Positions 20,480 through 31,229 of a stretch of 64,000 nucleotides of DNA are shown here, piece by piece. Origin of the DNA: Candidatus Poribacteria bacterium (lineage in GTDB: Bacteria; Poribacteria; WGA-4E; WGA-3G); contig OZ243938.1 of NCBI GenBank assembly GCA_965214095.1, positions 480,001 through 544,000 on the forward strand, given 5' to 3'. The translations under genes were made by a program, and so were the position numbers. The notes beneath the pieces are model-generated. The model was not told the origin of the DNA. It worked only from the letters and a program-made list of their open reading frames with translations, and made no database searches. How positions within the stretch are numbered: position 1 is the stretch's first letter; each line of letters begins with the position of its first letter.

Positions 20480-21052
20480 ATGAACAGAGACATTCCAACA
20501 GAGATAACCTTTGACGCTACATTATGTGGATACGATTTAACCTTTACGACAACATGGGGACTATTTTCACCAAAGACAATTGATGCTGGAACGCAACTAT
20601 TGATTGAGTATATGGAAATTAACAAAGGTGATACCTATCTTGATCTTGGATGCGGTTATGGTGTTATCGGTATTACGATGGCGAAATGTGCATCAAATGC
20701 AGAAGTCTATATGGTGGATAAGGATTTCATCGCCGTGGAGTATGCACAAAAAAATGCTAAACAGAACAATATACAGAATTGTCACGTTCAATTAAGCAAC
20801 GGATTTAGTCATCTTCCAGATACCCAATTTGATGTGATTGCATCTAATCTCCCTGCTAATGTTGGCAGAGAACTTATGCATATTTTTTTCTGTGACGCAA
20901 AACGGTATCTAAAACCTAATGGAAGAATATATGTAGTTACGATTTCCGGACTACGCGAATTTATCAAAAAAAATTTTATGGAAATATTCGGGAACTATTG
21001 CAAGATAAAACAACGAAAAACACATACGGTTGCAATGGCAACGAGAATGTAG
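20480..21052 (+). CDS. Class I SAM methyltransferase, RsmC-like small domain
   Basis: GLFS...D.GT.LL, LDLGCGYG, SNLP. Confidence 0.88.
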   Translation: MNRDIPTEITFDATLCGYDLTFTTTWGLFSPKTIDAGTQLLIEYMEINKGDTYLDLGCGYGVIGITMAKCASNAEVYMVDKDFIAVEYAQKNAKQNNIQNCHVQLSNGFSHLPDTQFDVIASNLPANVGRELMHIFFCDAKRYLKPNGRIYVVTISGLREFIKKNFMEIFGNYCKIKQRKTHTVAMATRM

Positions 21053-21101
21053 AATCGTTCAAGAAAAATGTGCTTTAAAATACAAAAATGGAGAATTCAT
21101 C

Positions 21102-22595
21102 GTGAAATTATTACGGATAATCACACTATATTTCATAATGCTTTTTACAATATCCTCATTCTGTGTAGCAGTGGAGCGTGAAAAGGTGGAAACAGACAAG
21201 GATTCGAAATATCCTCAAGAACATTGGTATAACTTAACCATGATGGGTATGAAAATTGGGTATGTTCATCAATTTATTGACGAAACAGTTTACCAAGGTG
21301 AGCAGATGCTTCGGACAAAAACAGACATGGTAATGCAATTTAAAGGGGGTGGAAACGACCTTCGAGTGGAGAACAACAGAATAGAATATTCTGATGCGAA
21401 ATTCATGCCGCGTTACTTTGTCATGACTTCTAATGAATCTGGTGAGAAGCGGGTTGAAGGCAAGATAATTGATGGTGTGGCTTACATCACAACAACATTA
21501 AATGGCGAAGAAACGGAAGCAGAAGTTGCTATTCCTCCAAATACAATTTCAGATGCTGCCGCAGTCGATAATCTACTTTCCCAGAACCGATTGAAAGCAG
21601 GGGAGCACCTGGCATATCAAACATTCAATTTGGACATACAAGAGATAGTTAATTGTGAATTGAGTGTAATAGAAGAATCAGAATTATCATATCAGTCTGA
21701 AGATAAGCAGGTTTATGTAATTGATACAAAAGTTGATATGTTGGGTGGAATTACCATTCGTTTAATGGTTGATCGTGAAGGAATAACTTACAAATTCACT
21801 ACTGAAATGTCTGGGTTATCCGTTGTCGCAACGAAAACTGATAGAAAAATCGCACTTGGTGAAATTGAAGAATTGGATATCGTGCTGCGGACTCGTATTA
21901 TTCCCTCTGGAAAGAATCCGAGAAAAGGTGCAAATCAGTTCATTGCCAAAGTTCAACATTCTGAAGGTAGTCTGACAGATATTATCATGTCAAATGATCA
22001 ACAAACACTCAAACTGGATACTGAAATGGCAGGCACTCTTCAGATTGAGATGGCTGAGGTAGATGAAGAAAAATCTCCTGAACTACCCATTCAAAGTCCT
22101 GAACTTGAAAAATATCTATCATCAACAGTATTTATAGAGTCAGATCATCCAGATATTCATGCACAGGCATTGAGAATATTAGATGGAGAAACGAATTCAT
22201 GGCGTGCAGCAAAGAAGTTAAGCAGATGGGTCTATAAATCCATAGATGAAAAAGGTTTAAGTGGTGGCTACAGTTCATCACTGACAACGTTAAAAACTCT
22301 TTCAGGCGATTGCACAGAGCATACTGTTCTACTGATAGCACTAGCTCGTTCTGTTGGTATTCCTGCACGAATATGCGCTGGACTTGTTTATGCAAGAGAC
22401 GCATTTTATTATCACTTTTGGCCTGAAGTGTATGTGGGTGAATGGGTTCAAATGGATCCAACTTTTGGGCAAGTGATTGCTGATGCTAATCACATACTAC
22501 TCCAAGGTGGTATGCTTGAATCCGGTACGATGGTTGAGTATACTGAAGGTGTATACAAAACTCTGAATCAACTTGAAATTGATATTTTAGAATGA
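21102..22595 (+). CDS. Secreted transglutaminase-like protein
   Basis: GTG start after GGAG; GDCTEH, GIPAR, HFWPEV, MDPT (C-H-D triad). Confidence 0.85.
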   Translation: MKLLRIITLYFIMLFTISSFCVAVEREKVETDKDSKYPQEHWYNLTMMGMKIGYVHQFIDETVYQGEQMLRTKTDMVMQFKGGGNDLRVENNRIEYSDAKFMPRYFVMTSNESGEKRVEGKIIDGVAYITTTLNGEETEAEVAIPPNTISDAAAVDNLLSQNRLKAGEHLAYQTFNLDIQEIVNCELSVIEESELSYQSEDKQVYVIDTKVDMLGGITIRLMVDREGITYKFTTEMSGLSVVATKTDRKIALGEIEELDIVLRTRIIPSGKNPRKGANQFIAKVQHSEGSLTDIIMSNDQQTLKLDTEMAGTLQIEMAEVDEEKSPELPIQSPELEKYLSSTVFIESDHPDIHAQALRILDGETNSWRAAKKLSRWVYKSIDEKGLSGGYSSSLTTLKTLSGDCTEHTVLLIALARSVGIPARICAGLVYARDAFYYHFWPEVYVGEWVQMDPTFGQVIADANHILLQGGMLESGTMVEYTEGVYKTLNQLEIDILE

Positions 22596-22653
22596 GAAAT
22601 TAATCTTGCGTAAATCTAAATTGGAATCCGTATCAAGTAGGAGATAATATCGA

Positions 22654-24735
22654 TTGGCATTTCTCAATCCACTGTTTCTCTTAGGTTTATTCGCTGCTGC
22701 AGTGCCTTTGCTCATACATCTTTGGAGCCGTCGTCAGGCGGTAACCGTAGATTTTAGTAGCATCATGTTTTTGGTGGCTGCGCATCGTCAAAATGTGCGG
22801 CGTGTGCAGCTCAAGCAGCTTCTAATTCTTCTTCTACGCATGCTAATTATTGCCTTGATTGCACTGGCATTGGCGCGTCCCTTTCTCACGCTCGGATTAC
22901 CGCTCGCAGCAGTACGGGCCAAGACTGATGTAGTCATCGTGTTAGACAATTCTTATAGCATGCAATATGAAGATGTGGATGGTGTCTGGTTTGAAAAAGG
23001 TAAGAATGTCGCATCGGATGTGTTGCGTTCATTAAGACACGGGGACTCTGCATCACTCATATTGATGTCTGATATTCCACAACCTGTTTTTCGTCAACTC
23101 ACACCGGACATAGACAGTGTAATTACTGCAATCCAAAATGCTAAAGCATCCTTTCGAGCAACGAGTGTACAACCGAGCATTGAACTCGCACACGAGATTC
23201 TCTCTGAATCTAAACAACAGAACAAAGAAATTTACATAGTATCAGATTTTGCTAACAATGGTTGGGATGGATGGGGTGTTCTTCCTAACCGCTCAGGCTC
23301 ACGAATTGTATTACTTCCGATTAGGAAGAGTGTTTCACATAATACTTATGTTGAAGAAATAACACCTTCACATCAACTAATCGGTGTTGAATTGCCATTT
23401 CATCTTAATACTACGATATACAATCAATCTGATACACCGATAGCAGAAACGACATTGACTTATGTTGTAGATGATCAAAAAAAGAAAACACAGACCTTAT
23501 CTGTTGACGCAAATGAATCCATAATGACAAAGATGACACATACTTTTTCAAATCCAGGAACGCATACGGGTTTCTTTGAGTTGACTGATGATCGGTTGAA
23601 TACCGACAATCGTAGGTATTTTGCTTATGAGGCATTGGGTGAGATTCGGGTGCTTGTTGTGAGTGAACAGGCAGAATACCTATCCTTGGCTCTTAATCCT
23701 TTAGCTATTAAACAGACAACGGGAGCACTCGTAAAGTCATCAATGATACAACCGAGTAATTGCACGCCAGAGGTTTTTGAAACATATCCGCTTCAGGACT
23801 TTGACATCGTTCTCATTGCGGATATTTCTAAGTTGTCCTCAGAATCAGATGTGCAGTTACGCGAGTTTATCCGACAGGGAAAGCATGTGATTGCATTTGC
23901 ATCAGATACCAGTAATAAATCGTGGCTGCCAGTTCAGTTCGGTCAATCTATGACATGGCAAATACCGCAAAAAGTCAGTAAATATGATGAGACACATCCT
24001 ATTTTTGAGATTTTTCCTGATAACGTCCTTTCGGGACAATACGGTCCGCAGTTTTACCAGAGTATGTCTGTAACCCAAGCTTCCGAGAAGACAATAATTG
24101 CGCGCTATGGTGATGATACTCCATTCCTAATTCAGAGTCGCGTTGGAAGTAGCCATATATTGCTGTTCAACTGTAGTCTACAACAACAAAACAGTAGTAA
24201 CGAATTTCTTGTAAATCCTTATTTTTTGCCACTCATCCAACAGTGTGTACTTTTTGTCATGCATAATGCTGCACAAAAGAACATCACCATTGGAGATACA
24301 TATAATGCAAGTTTTCCTCAAAATCCGGGAGGACGTGCTTGGATAAAACGTCTTGATTCTAATGAATCCGATGCGATGACTGCAGTGCCAATTTCCGAAG
24401 ATGGCACGATGCGCTATGAATTAGCTAAAGAACCGGGAATCTATCAAGTAGAGGTAAAGACACAAGATAGATTGTACAGAGATTTCTTTGCAGTGAATAC
24501 ACCTGCAGCTGAAGCGGATTTGACACCAATATCATTCCAACAAGCATCTCAACGCGTTGATGCACAAACTGAGATCACGCCTGAAACCGGAGTGTTGGAT
24601 ACAGAAGAATTAGACATCAGAAGGCATGGCAGAGAAATTTGGGGAGAATTGCTAATTATCACCGTCTGTCTATTGCTCCTTGAAGGTTTCTTATCTAACC
24701 GGGCAAGTAAGTCTACGCCGAGTGAAGCATCATGA
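22654..24735 (+). CDS. BatA-domain/VWA membrane protein
   Basis: FLNP...PLLIHL, LARP, VLDNSYSM, C-terminal TM. Confidence 0.88.
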   Translation: MAFLNPLFLLGLFAAAVPLLIHLWSRRQAVTVDFSSIMFLVAAHRQNVRRVQLKQLLILLLRMLIIALIALALARPFLTLGLPLAAVRAKTDVVIVLDNSYSMQYEDVDGVWFEKGKNVASDVLRSLRHGDSASLILMSDIPQPVFRQLTPDIDSVITAIQNAKASFRATSVQPSIELAHEILSESKQQNKEIYIVSDFANNGWDGWGVLPNRSGSRIVLLPIRKSVSHNTYVEEITPSHQLIGVELPFHLNTTIYNQSDTPIAETTLTYVVDDQKKKTQTLSVDANESIMTKMTHTFSNPGTHTGFFELTDDRLNTDNRRYFAYEALGEIRVLVVSEQAEYLSLALNPLAIKQTTGALVKSSMIQPSNCTPEVFETYPLQDFDIVLIADISKLSSESDVQLREFIRQGKHVIAFASDTSNKSWLPVQFGQSMTWQIPQKVSKYDETHPIFEIFPDNVLSGQYGPQFYQSMSVTQASEKTIIARYGDDTPFLIQSRVGSSHILLFNCSLQQQNSSNEFLVNPYFLPLIQQCVLFVMHNAAQKNITIGDTYNASFPQNPGGRAWIKRLDSNESDAMTAVPISEDGTMRYELAKEPGIYQVEVKTQDRLYRDFFAVNTPAAEADLTPISFQQASQRVDAQTEITPETGVLDTEELDIRRHGREIWGELLIITVCLLLLEGFLSNRASKSTPSEAS

Positions 24736-26720
24736 AAACTCCATTCCTATCCACTTCCGCCAATGTTTTTGGGGTACATAGATTGACTTATGGGACTGTC
24801 GTTAAAGGAATGTTCATCAGCCTCATAGCATGTTTATTATTCCTACTGATTGGACAGTCGGTATACGGCAATCAGGCGCGGACGGTCAAGAGTATTGTTA
24901 TCAGAGAAAAGAATACCTATTCAATATCAAATGAAAAGCACATGCTACAGTTAATGCAGACAAAAGTTGGTAGTGATTTTGATGAAAACGTCTTGGAACA
25001 GGATCTCTCCACTATCGTCCGCTATTTTAAGAATAAAGGATATACTTATGCACGAATTGATAAGACAGGTGAATCTGTTAAACTTGTTGATAATGAAATT
25101 CATATTGGTATTGTGATTGATAAAGGTGTTGTTGGAGAAATCACACTTGAGGGAAACCGAAAAACACATGATGCTGTAATTCTGCAAGAACTCCTCTTCA
25201 AAACTGGCGAAATATATACGAAGGATGATAGAGAAGAAAGCGAAAGAATTATTCGTCAAAAGAGGTATATTAGTGACGCACATATAGACTCCTCTTGGGA
25301 TGAGGAGTTGGAAGCCGTAAAAATAAGTGTAAGTGTTACTGAAAATTGGTCTATTACAGGCGCAATTGATGTTCCTATAGGTAGGAATAGTTCAACGTTT
25401 CTATTGAATATTCAAGAGACTAATCTCAACGGTTCTGGTCATGGCACACAATTGCGATATGAACGGATCAATGAAATCGATGAACAAGCACGTAGTTATT
25501 TTAAATGGCAGTACAAGATGCCGCGCTTATTCAGTTCATATTGGAACATTGATGGTGAATATATACAAAAGCGCGAAGGTGACTCATGGGTCGTTTCATT
25601 AGATAGACCGCAATATACATTGAAGAGTCGTTGGAGTACAAGGTTTGTCCTTTCCGAAGGTGTGGATCGGGTGAGGTGGTATGAAGCAGGTGAGAAAACA
25701 GCAACCTTCAATCGAAATGTCCAAATTGGTTCAGGAGATATGATGCGATATTTTGGTGAAAGGCATCAGCAGATATATACTGGACTATGGATACGTTCTC
25801 AAAGATCGAGATATGTTGCAGTGGAAAGATTGGAAGATTCTACAGCAACACCGTTAGACAGAAATATCAACAGAATCGGCATTATTGTAGGACGTAAAAG
25901 AGTCTACCACCGAAAAACAAGATTTCTCAAAATGATGGGACCCGTTGAAGACTTTAATACTGGTGCTGAATACAATGTCTCCTATGGGTACGCAACTCCT
26001 TGGTATGGATCAGATAGGAAAGAGTCAATATTTGGCACAGCAGCGCGGTCAGGATGGACAATAGGAGATAAATTCTTAAGTGAGACTATTGTCGGTATCC
26101 GTTCAATCTTCACTGATCGGTTTGAACGTTCTGTGCTACAGGCACATACCACGCTGTTTTTTAAAGATACATTTAACTCAGGTGATGATATCTATACGGT
26201 AGCAAAAGGGTATCGTAAGAATGGTCTTTTTGACTTTTACCACTCATTTGTTGTTCAATTTAAGACAGAGATGCAGTTTGGATTGAGCGGCGAAAGTCAA
26301 GTTATCCTTGGCTCGTTCAGCGGGTTAAGAGGCTATGATTATCGACAGTTTAGTGGTGAAAAAATGATGTTACTCAGATTGGAATCCCGCACTATTTTTG
26401 GCGGTATGGTTTTTGAGAAAATTGACGATGCAGTTGCCACAGTAGTAACATTTATTGCCAGTCCATTTGTCAAAGGTCCGATCCGACTTGGACTTGTGTT
26501 GGGTGGAACCATCTTTGCTGATGTCGGCTATATTTGGAATGGGACACGGACATTTGATATCCTTGAACCGAAGCGGAGTGTTGGCTTTGAACTACGGGGT
26601 GGTCTTTCAAGAGTTAGTAATGCGGGTGTTTTTCGACTTGAACTCGCATTCCCACTGGATCCTCCATTCTCTCCTTCCCTGAAACCGAAGTTTGATTTTG
26701 GGTTTATGCGAGCGTTTTAA
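24732..26720 (+). CDS. Omp85/BamA-TamA family outer-membrane protein with POTRA domains
   Basis: POTRA motifs (Y.NKGY, GNRKT), ETNL.G.G, LRGY, terminal F. Confidence 0.85.
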   Translation: MKTPFLSTSANVFGVHRLTYGTVVKGMFISLIACLLFLLIGQSVYGNQARTVKSIVIREKNTYSISNEKHMLQLMQTKVGSDFDENVLEQDLSTIVRYFKNKGYTYARIDKTGESVKLVDNEIHIGIVIDKGVVGEITLEGNRKTHDAVILQELLFKTGEIYTKDDREESERIIRQKRYISDAHIDSSWDEELEAVKISVSVTENWSITGAIDVPIGRNSSTFLLNIQETNLNGSGHGTQLRYERINEIDEQARSYFKWQYKMPRLFSSYWNIDGEYIQKREGDSWVVSLDRPQYTLKSRWSTRFVLSEGVDRVRWYEAGEKTATFNRNVQIGSGDMMRYFGERHQQIYTGLWIRSQRSRYVAVERLEDSTATPLDRNINRIGIIVGRKRVYHRKTRFLKMMGPVEDFNTGAEYNVSYGYATPWYGSDRKESIFGTAARSGWTIGDKFLSETIVGIRSIFTDRFERSVLQAHTTLFFKDTFNSGDDIYTVAKGYRKNGLFDFYHSFVVQFKTEMQFGLSGESQVILGSFSGLRGYDYRQFSGEKMMLLRLESRTIFGGMVFEKIDDAVATVVTFIASPFVKGPIRLGLVLGGTIFADVGYIWNGTRTFDILEPKRSVGFELRGGLSRVSNAGVFRLELAFPLDPPFSPSLKPKFDFGFMRAF

Positions 26721-26741
26721 GAAATATGGAATTATACAGTT

Positions 26742-28649
26742 ATGGATAAACCTTCACATCCGATAACTGAGAACATCACATGGCGTGCCATTGTTTTAGG
26801 GCTGCTTTCGCTTCCGCTCAATATCTATCTTGTTGTTCAAACTGAGACCGTATGGACAACACAATATCCCACCACGATGGCGATCCTCTTCAATGCCATC
26901 TTTACGCTCTTCTTTATTGCTATCTGTAACCTACTTCTCACCCGTTTTACACCAAAATGGCAGCTGACACAAGCAGAAATGTTGACGGTCTACCTGATGG
27001 TGACGTTGGCATGCGTTGTTTGTGGTCATGATCTATTACAGGCAACGATGTGTATTCTTGGACATGCAAGTTGGTTCGCCACACCTGAAAACGAATGGCA
27101 ATCGCTGTTTTTCCGATACATTCCTGATTGGATTGCTGTGATGGATCGACGTGCCTTAACAGGTTATTATGAAGGCACTTCAACTCTGTTTGAGTTGGCT
27201 CATATACGCGCTTGGTTGACACCTGTGCTGTTCTGGACGCTCTTCTTCTCGGCACTTGCCTTTTCTATGATGATGTTAAGTGCTATTCTAAGGAAGCAGT
27301 GGATTGAACATGAAAAATTGAGTTATCCAATAATCCTACTGCCTTTTGAAATGACCAAAGGACCAACATTCTATCGAAATAAACTTCTATGGGTCGGTTT
27401 TGGTATTGGATTTGGACTAGACTTACTGAATGGCATGAATTTCCTTTTTCCAAATATACCTGCAATCCCTATTCGCCACGATATTGGAGGGATGTTCACA
27501 GAGAAGCCACTCAATGCAATCGGGTCAACGCCGATCCATCTGAATCCCTACGCCATCGGTATCGGCTTCTTGATGCCACTGGATTTGTCGTTATCGTGTT
27601 GGTTATTTTATCTGTTCTGGAAGATGCAGCTTGTGTTCGGTTCAATGACAGGACTCAATCAAACACCCGGTTATCCTCACATTGACATGCAATCACTTGG
27701 TGCGTATTTTGGTCTTTGTTTCTTTGCGCTTTGGATTACGCATAAGCATTTATGGAAAGTGTTTCGCAATATCATTGGTGTCCAGACAAACATAAATGCT
27801 GAAGGAGAACCGATAGGATATCGCACTGCGTTTTTTGGGTTTTTGATTAGCATTGCCGTTGTATTTGGATTCTGCCTTAAAGCAGGGATGTCGTGGTGGG
27901 GAATACTCGGTTTCTTTAGTGTTCACTTCATATTGGTCTTAGCGTTCACACGGATGCGTGCTGAACTTGGCACACCAACAATGGATTTCTATCGTGCGGG
28001 TCCAGGTTTTTTCCTTACTTCACTCTTTGGTTCAAGAAAGATTGGTGCACAGACACTAACTGGATTCTCATTCCTATATGGGTTCACACGTAACTACCGG
28101 TCACAACCAATGCCGAATCAGTTGGAAGGATTCAAACTTGCGGACAAAGGTGCAATCAACAGTCGTCAGCTGCTGTGGGTCATGTGGGGTGCAACTGTCG
28201 TTGGTCTAATGATCGGTTTTGTTGCATTCCTGCATGCAGGTTATAAACATGGTAGTTTAGGCACGTGGCGTGGACAAGAGGCATTCAGTGACTTGCAACG
28301 TTGGTTGACACTGCCAAGTGATACGGAGTGGCGGCATATCGGTTTCTTTGGGTTTGGTATTGTCCTAACGCTCTGTACATTATTTATGCGGTTGCGGTTT
28401 ATCTGGTGGCAACTGCATCCGCTTGCTTACCCGCTTGCAGGAAACTGGAACTTCGGCAGACTTTGGTTTCCAGTTTTTCTTGCTTGGTTGATAAAGACCG
28501 TATTAGTACGTCACGGTGGCATTGGTGCTTATCGTAAGGCACTCCCTCTATTTTTCGGTGCAATGCTCGGTGAATTCGTTATGGGTAGCCTATGGGCAAT
28601 TTTAGGTCTGTCAACAGGACAAAGGATGTACTCCTTCAAGCATTGGTGA
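26742..28649 (+). CDS. Multi-TM putative transporter (OPT-like, DUF6785-like)
   Basis: Many TM helices; RKQW..EKL.YP, LHPLAY, GG...YRKA.P.F.G motifs. Confidence 0.7.
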   Translation: MDKPSHPITENITWRAIVLGLLSLPLNIYLVVQTETVWTTQYPTTMAILFNAIFTLFFIAICNLLLTRFTPKWQLTQAEMLTVYLMVTLACVVCGHDLLQATMCILGHASWFATPENEWQSLFFRYIPDWIAVMDRRALTGYYEGTSTLFELAHIRAWLTPVLFWTLFFSALAFSMMMLSAILRKQWIEHEKLSYPIILLPFEMTKGPTFYRNKLLWVGFGIGFGLDLLNGMNFLFPNIPAIPIRHDIGGMFTEKPLNAIGSTPIHLNPYAIGIGFLMPLDLSLSCWLFYLFWKMQLVFGSMTGLNQTPGYPHIDMQSLGAYFGLCFFALWITHKHLWKVFRNIIGVQTNINAEGEPIGYRTAFFGFLISIAVVFGFCLKAGMSWWGILGFFSVHFILVLAFTRMRAELGTPTMDFYRAGPGFFLTSLFGSRKIGAQTLTGFSFLYGFTRNYRSQPMPNQLEGFKLADKGAINSRQLLWVMWGATVVGLMIGFVAFLHAGYKHGSLGTWRGQEAFSDLQRWLTLPSDTEWRHIGFFGFGIVLTLCTLFMRLRFIWWQLHPLAYPLAGNWNFGRLWFPVFLAWLIKTVLVRHGGIGAYRKALPLFFGAMLGEFVMGSLWAILGLSTGQRMYSFKHW

Positions 28650-28668
28650 TGTAAAATACCCTTGGGTG

Positions 28669-28800
28669 TTAGGTGCTTATCAGAAACTGTCCTTGTGCTA
28701 TGATAAACTTAATTCGCTCCTGTGTGTCCTGCCCTAACCGCCTGATGAAATTCTCTACCTTTCTTGGAAGGGGTGCAAGTGTGTATGGTCGAAAGTTCAA
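28669..28800 (-). pseudogene. Possible truncated RelE/ParE-like toxin remnant
   Basis: TTG start overlaps the upstream TGA; MNFRPYTLAPLPRKVENFIRRLGQDTQERIK then stop after 43 codons. Confidence 0.4.
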
Positions 28801-29138
28801 AGTCCAATTTCCTGCTTAATCTGGGACCATTTCTTTCCCCCATCAGTTGCTAATTCATTTTCTGCTTCAACAATATCAGCTAATACACCTGCTTCTGAAT
28901 TAATCAGAGCAGTTTCACGCCATTCGGTGAGAAAGATTGAAAGTGTTTCAACATCTTTCTTACCTTCCGATATCTGTGTTAACAACTTGAACAATTCTGC
29001 AAAAAACTCAACAAGTTCTTCTGCTTCTAACCATTTGAGCCAAGCAAATGATTTTGAAGAGGGAACAGATTTCACGAACAATTCATCGTTCATGAGATGT
29101 CCAACGACAAGTTTTGAATTTTTCATCTGAAACCTCAA
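28797..29138 (-). CDS. Putative antitoxin-like protein
   Basis: Small acidic protein with EWRETA and a KWSQIKQEIGL ending reminiscent of type II antitoxins. Confidence 0.5.
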   Translation of the reverse strand: MRFQMKNSKLVVGHLMNDELFVKSVPSSKSFAWLKWLEAEELVEFFAELFKLLTQISEGKKDVETLSIFLTEWRETALINSEAGVLADIVEAENELATDGGKKWSQIKQEIGL

Positions 29139-29333
29139 ATCATAGTATTATGTTAATACCAATTATTCAAGTTTTAAATGTGAATTTCAAGGAAATATTA
29201 GCGCGCACTGATGAAGTATCAAGTTAAAGTTCAGCAATATTAAGGACTGTCACGATTCCCTTTGTTGGTGACATCTTATACGCGCTTACTGCAAAACATT
29301 ACTGCTGAACCGTAATCAATACTTCATCGGACG

Positions 29334-29897
29334 CTATTCTTTCTCTTCCTTTTTGTCCTTCTTGTTCTTTTTAGGACGCATTTCTTGAAGTATCTGGACG
29401 ACCGTTTCCATCTGTTCTTCAAGCTTCTCAAGTCGCGGTTCTACTGGATCAAGTGTATCGTCATCCTCAATTTCAACGACTTCAACTGTGGTAGAACCAT
29501 CAGAATCGGGATCCTCAGAATCTTCCGTTGCACTGAAAATAGTGCGACTTACAACTTCACCAACATCTTTCATAATGTTGCCGATAGTTTCCTTTTCCTG
29601 CTTAAATTCGTAATCTATATCAAATCCGAACCCTTCTTTGAGGTAAGTAGAAACTTGATTGTAGGCAAAACCGATATCTCCGAGAGATGCGTTTTCTTCT
29701 AACGGATCAAACAATCCTTCTGGCAATGCTTCTAAATCATTTAATCTTGCCAAAGCGTTGTTGAATTGTCGGATGCATCGTGCTTCCCCATCCGATAAAT
29801 TGTCTAATACGGAGGCACGTTCAAGATGCTTCGATGTTGTCTCCAACATACGGACAATTCTCCGAATTTCCCTTTTAGTATCACGTTCGTTACTCAT
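29334..29897 (-). CDS. Hypothetical protein
   Basis: AAGGAG RBS, helical N-terminal domain, acidic linker, coiled-coil tail. Confidence 0.75.
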   Translation of the reverse strand: MSNERDTKREIRRIVRMLETTSKHLERASVLDNLSDGEARCIRQFNNALARLNDLEALPEGLFDPLEENASLGDIGFAYNQVSTYLKEGFGFDIDYEFKQEKETIGNIMKDVGEVVSRTIFSATEDSEDPDSDGSTTVEVVEIEDDDTLDPVEPRLEKLEEQMETVVQILQEMRPKKNKKDKKEEKE

Positions 29898-30019
29898 TTC
29901 AAATCTCCTTAATTATGGCATTTGATATAATAGAGTCTTGACTGTTGTAAAGGATAGTTAAATATCAAAAAAAATTGTACACTTTCTATCCATTTGACAT
30001 ATTATCAATTTGGGAATAA

Positions 30020-31228
30020 TCAATCCTCCTTTAGTTCTCCAACATTCCGTCTAATTTTGATTGCCGCCTTGATGATGTCTTCCATGTCCTCCTCTGTCCC
30101 CATCAGTACATTCTGGCTCAAGGCAAGTCCTGATTGGCAGATTTTCTCTGTTTCTGGACAGTGAACATCCGAATAGTCAAGGTCTTGACCAAATAGGGTG
30201 GTCTGTAAGAATGTAGAACGATACATCGGAGTTGTATACCAATATCCAATAGGTATGCCTTCAGCACGCATCGCATCAAGGAACACCTTTCGTGAGATCC
30301 CCTCAAACTCCTCTGAATCAAAAATTGCTTTATATCCGTGTGAGCCGCCTCGGGTAGCACGAGGGTCTAACCGTGTGACTTTAATACCGGGAATCTCGCC
30401 GAACCACCCATCTAACCACCGCATATTCATGTGTCTTAGGTTCGTTTCCTCTTCAAGTCGGGTTAGACGTGAGAGGAGTAGTGCGGCTTGCCATTCTGTC
30501 ATTCTGAAATTCCCACCAAAAGGTTCAATATTACCTAATTCGGCATCGGAAGGCGTGCGTCCGCAGTTGTGGAGGGCATACGCGCGTTCATAGAGTTCTC
30601 TGTCGTTCATTATGATGATGCCGCCTTCACCTGCACAAAGATTCTTGGAGGATTGAAAACTGAAACAACCAAAATCTCCCCAACTACCAACACCTTTGCC
30701 ACGCCATTCGGCTCCGTGTGCTTGTGCACAATCTTCAACAATCTTGATGTTGTGTTTTTCAGATATATCAACGAGTGCATCTAAATCAGATGGGTATCCT
30801 GCAATGTGGACAGGAAGGACGGCTTTCGTCTTTTCTGTAATAGCATCTTCAATCTTGGACACATCAATCAGAAAACTGTCGGGTGCAGTATCCACAAAAA
30901 CTGGCACTGCGTGTGTCATGAGGATAGCGACGACAGTGGCTTGGAATGTATATGACGTAGTGATTACTTCGTCCCCAGGGTTCACACCAGCGGCTTTCAG
31001 TGCGATATAGAGTGCAGTGGTGCCACTATTGACACAGACACCGTGTTTTGCACCTTGAAATTCAGCAAATTGTTGTGCAAATTCAGGAACTTTTGTGCCA
31101 CCGACTCCCCAACGTCCACTATTATAGATACTTTCAAACGCTTCTATATCAGATGGGGCAAGTGTAGGCCAAGATGGAAACGGTTCTGTTCTGATCGGTT
31201 CTCCGCCATTTATCGCTAAAGTTGACAT
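30020..31228 (-). CDS. DegT/DnrJ/EryC1/StrS PLP-dependent aminotransferase
   Basis: LAINGG.P, NSGTTAL, EDCAQAHG, FSFQSSKN..GEGG, NFRMTE. Confidence 0.93.
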   Translation of the reverse strand: MSTLAINGGEPIRTEPFPSWPTLAPSDIEAFESIYNSGRWGVGGTKVPEFAQQFAEFQGAKHGVCVNSGTTALYIALKAAGVNPGDEVITTSYTFQATVVAILMTHAVPVFVDTAPDSFLIDVSKIEDAITEKTKAVLPVHIAGYPSDLDALVDISEKHNIKIVEDCAQAHGAEWRGKGVGSWGDFGCFSFQSSKNLCAGEGGIIIMNDRELYERAYALHNCGRTPSDAELGNIEPFGGNFRMTEWQAALLLSRLTRLEEETNLRHMNMRWLDGWFGEIPGIKVTRLDPRATRGGSHGYKAIFDSEEFEGISRKVFLDAMRAEGIPIGYWYTTPMYRSTFLQTTLFGQDLDYSDVHCPETEKICQSGLALSQNVLMGTEEDMEDIIKAAIKIRRNVGELKED

Positions 31229-31229
31229 G

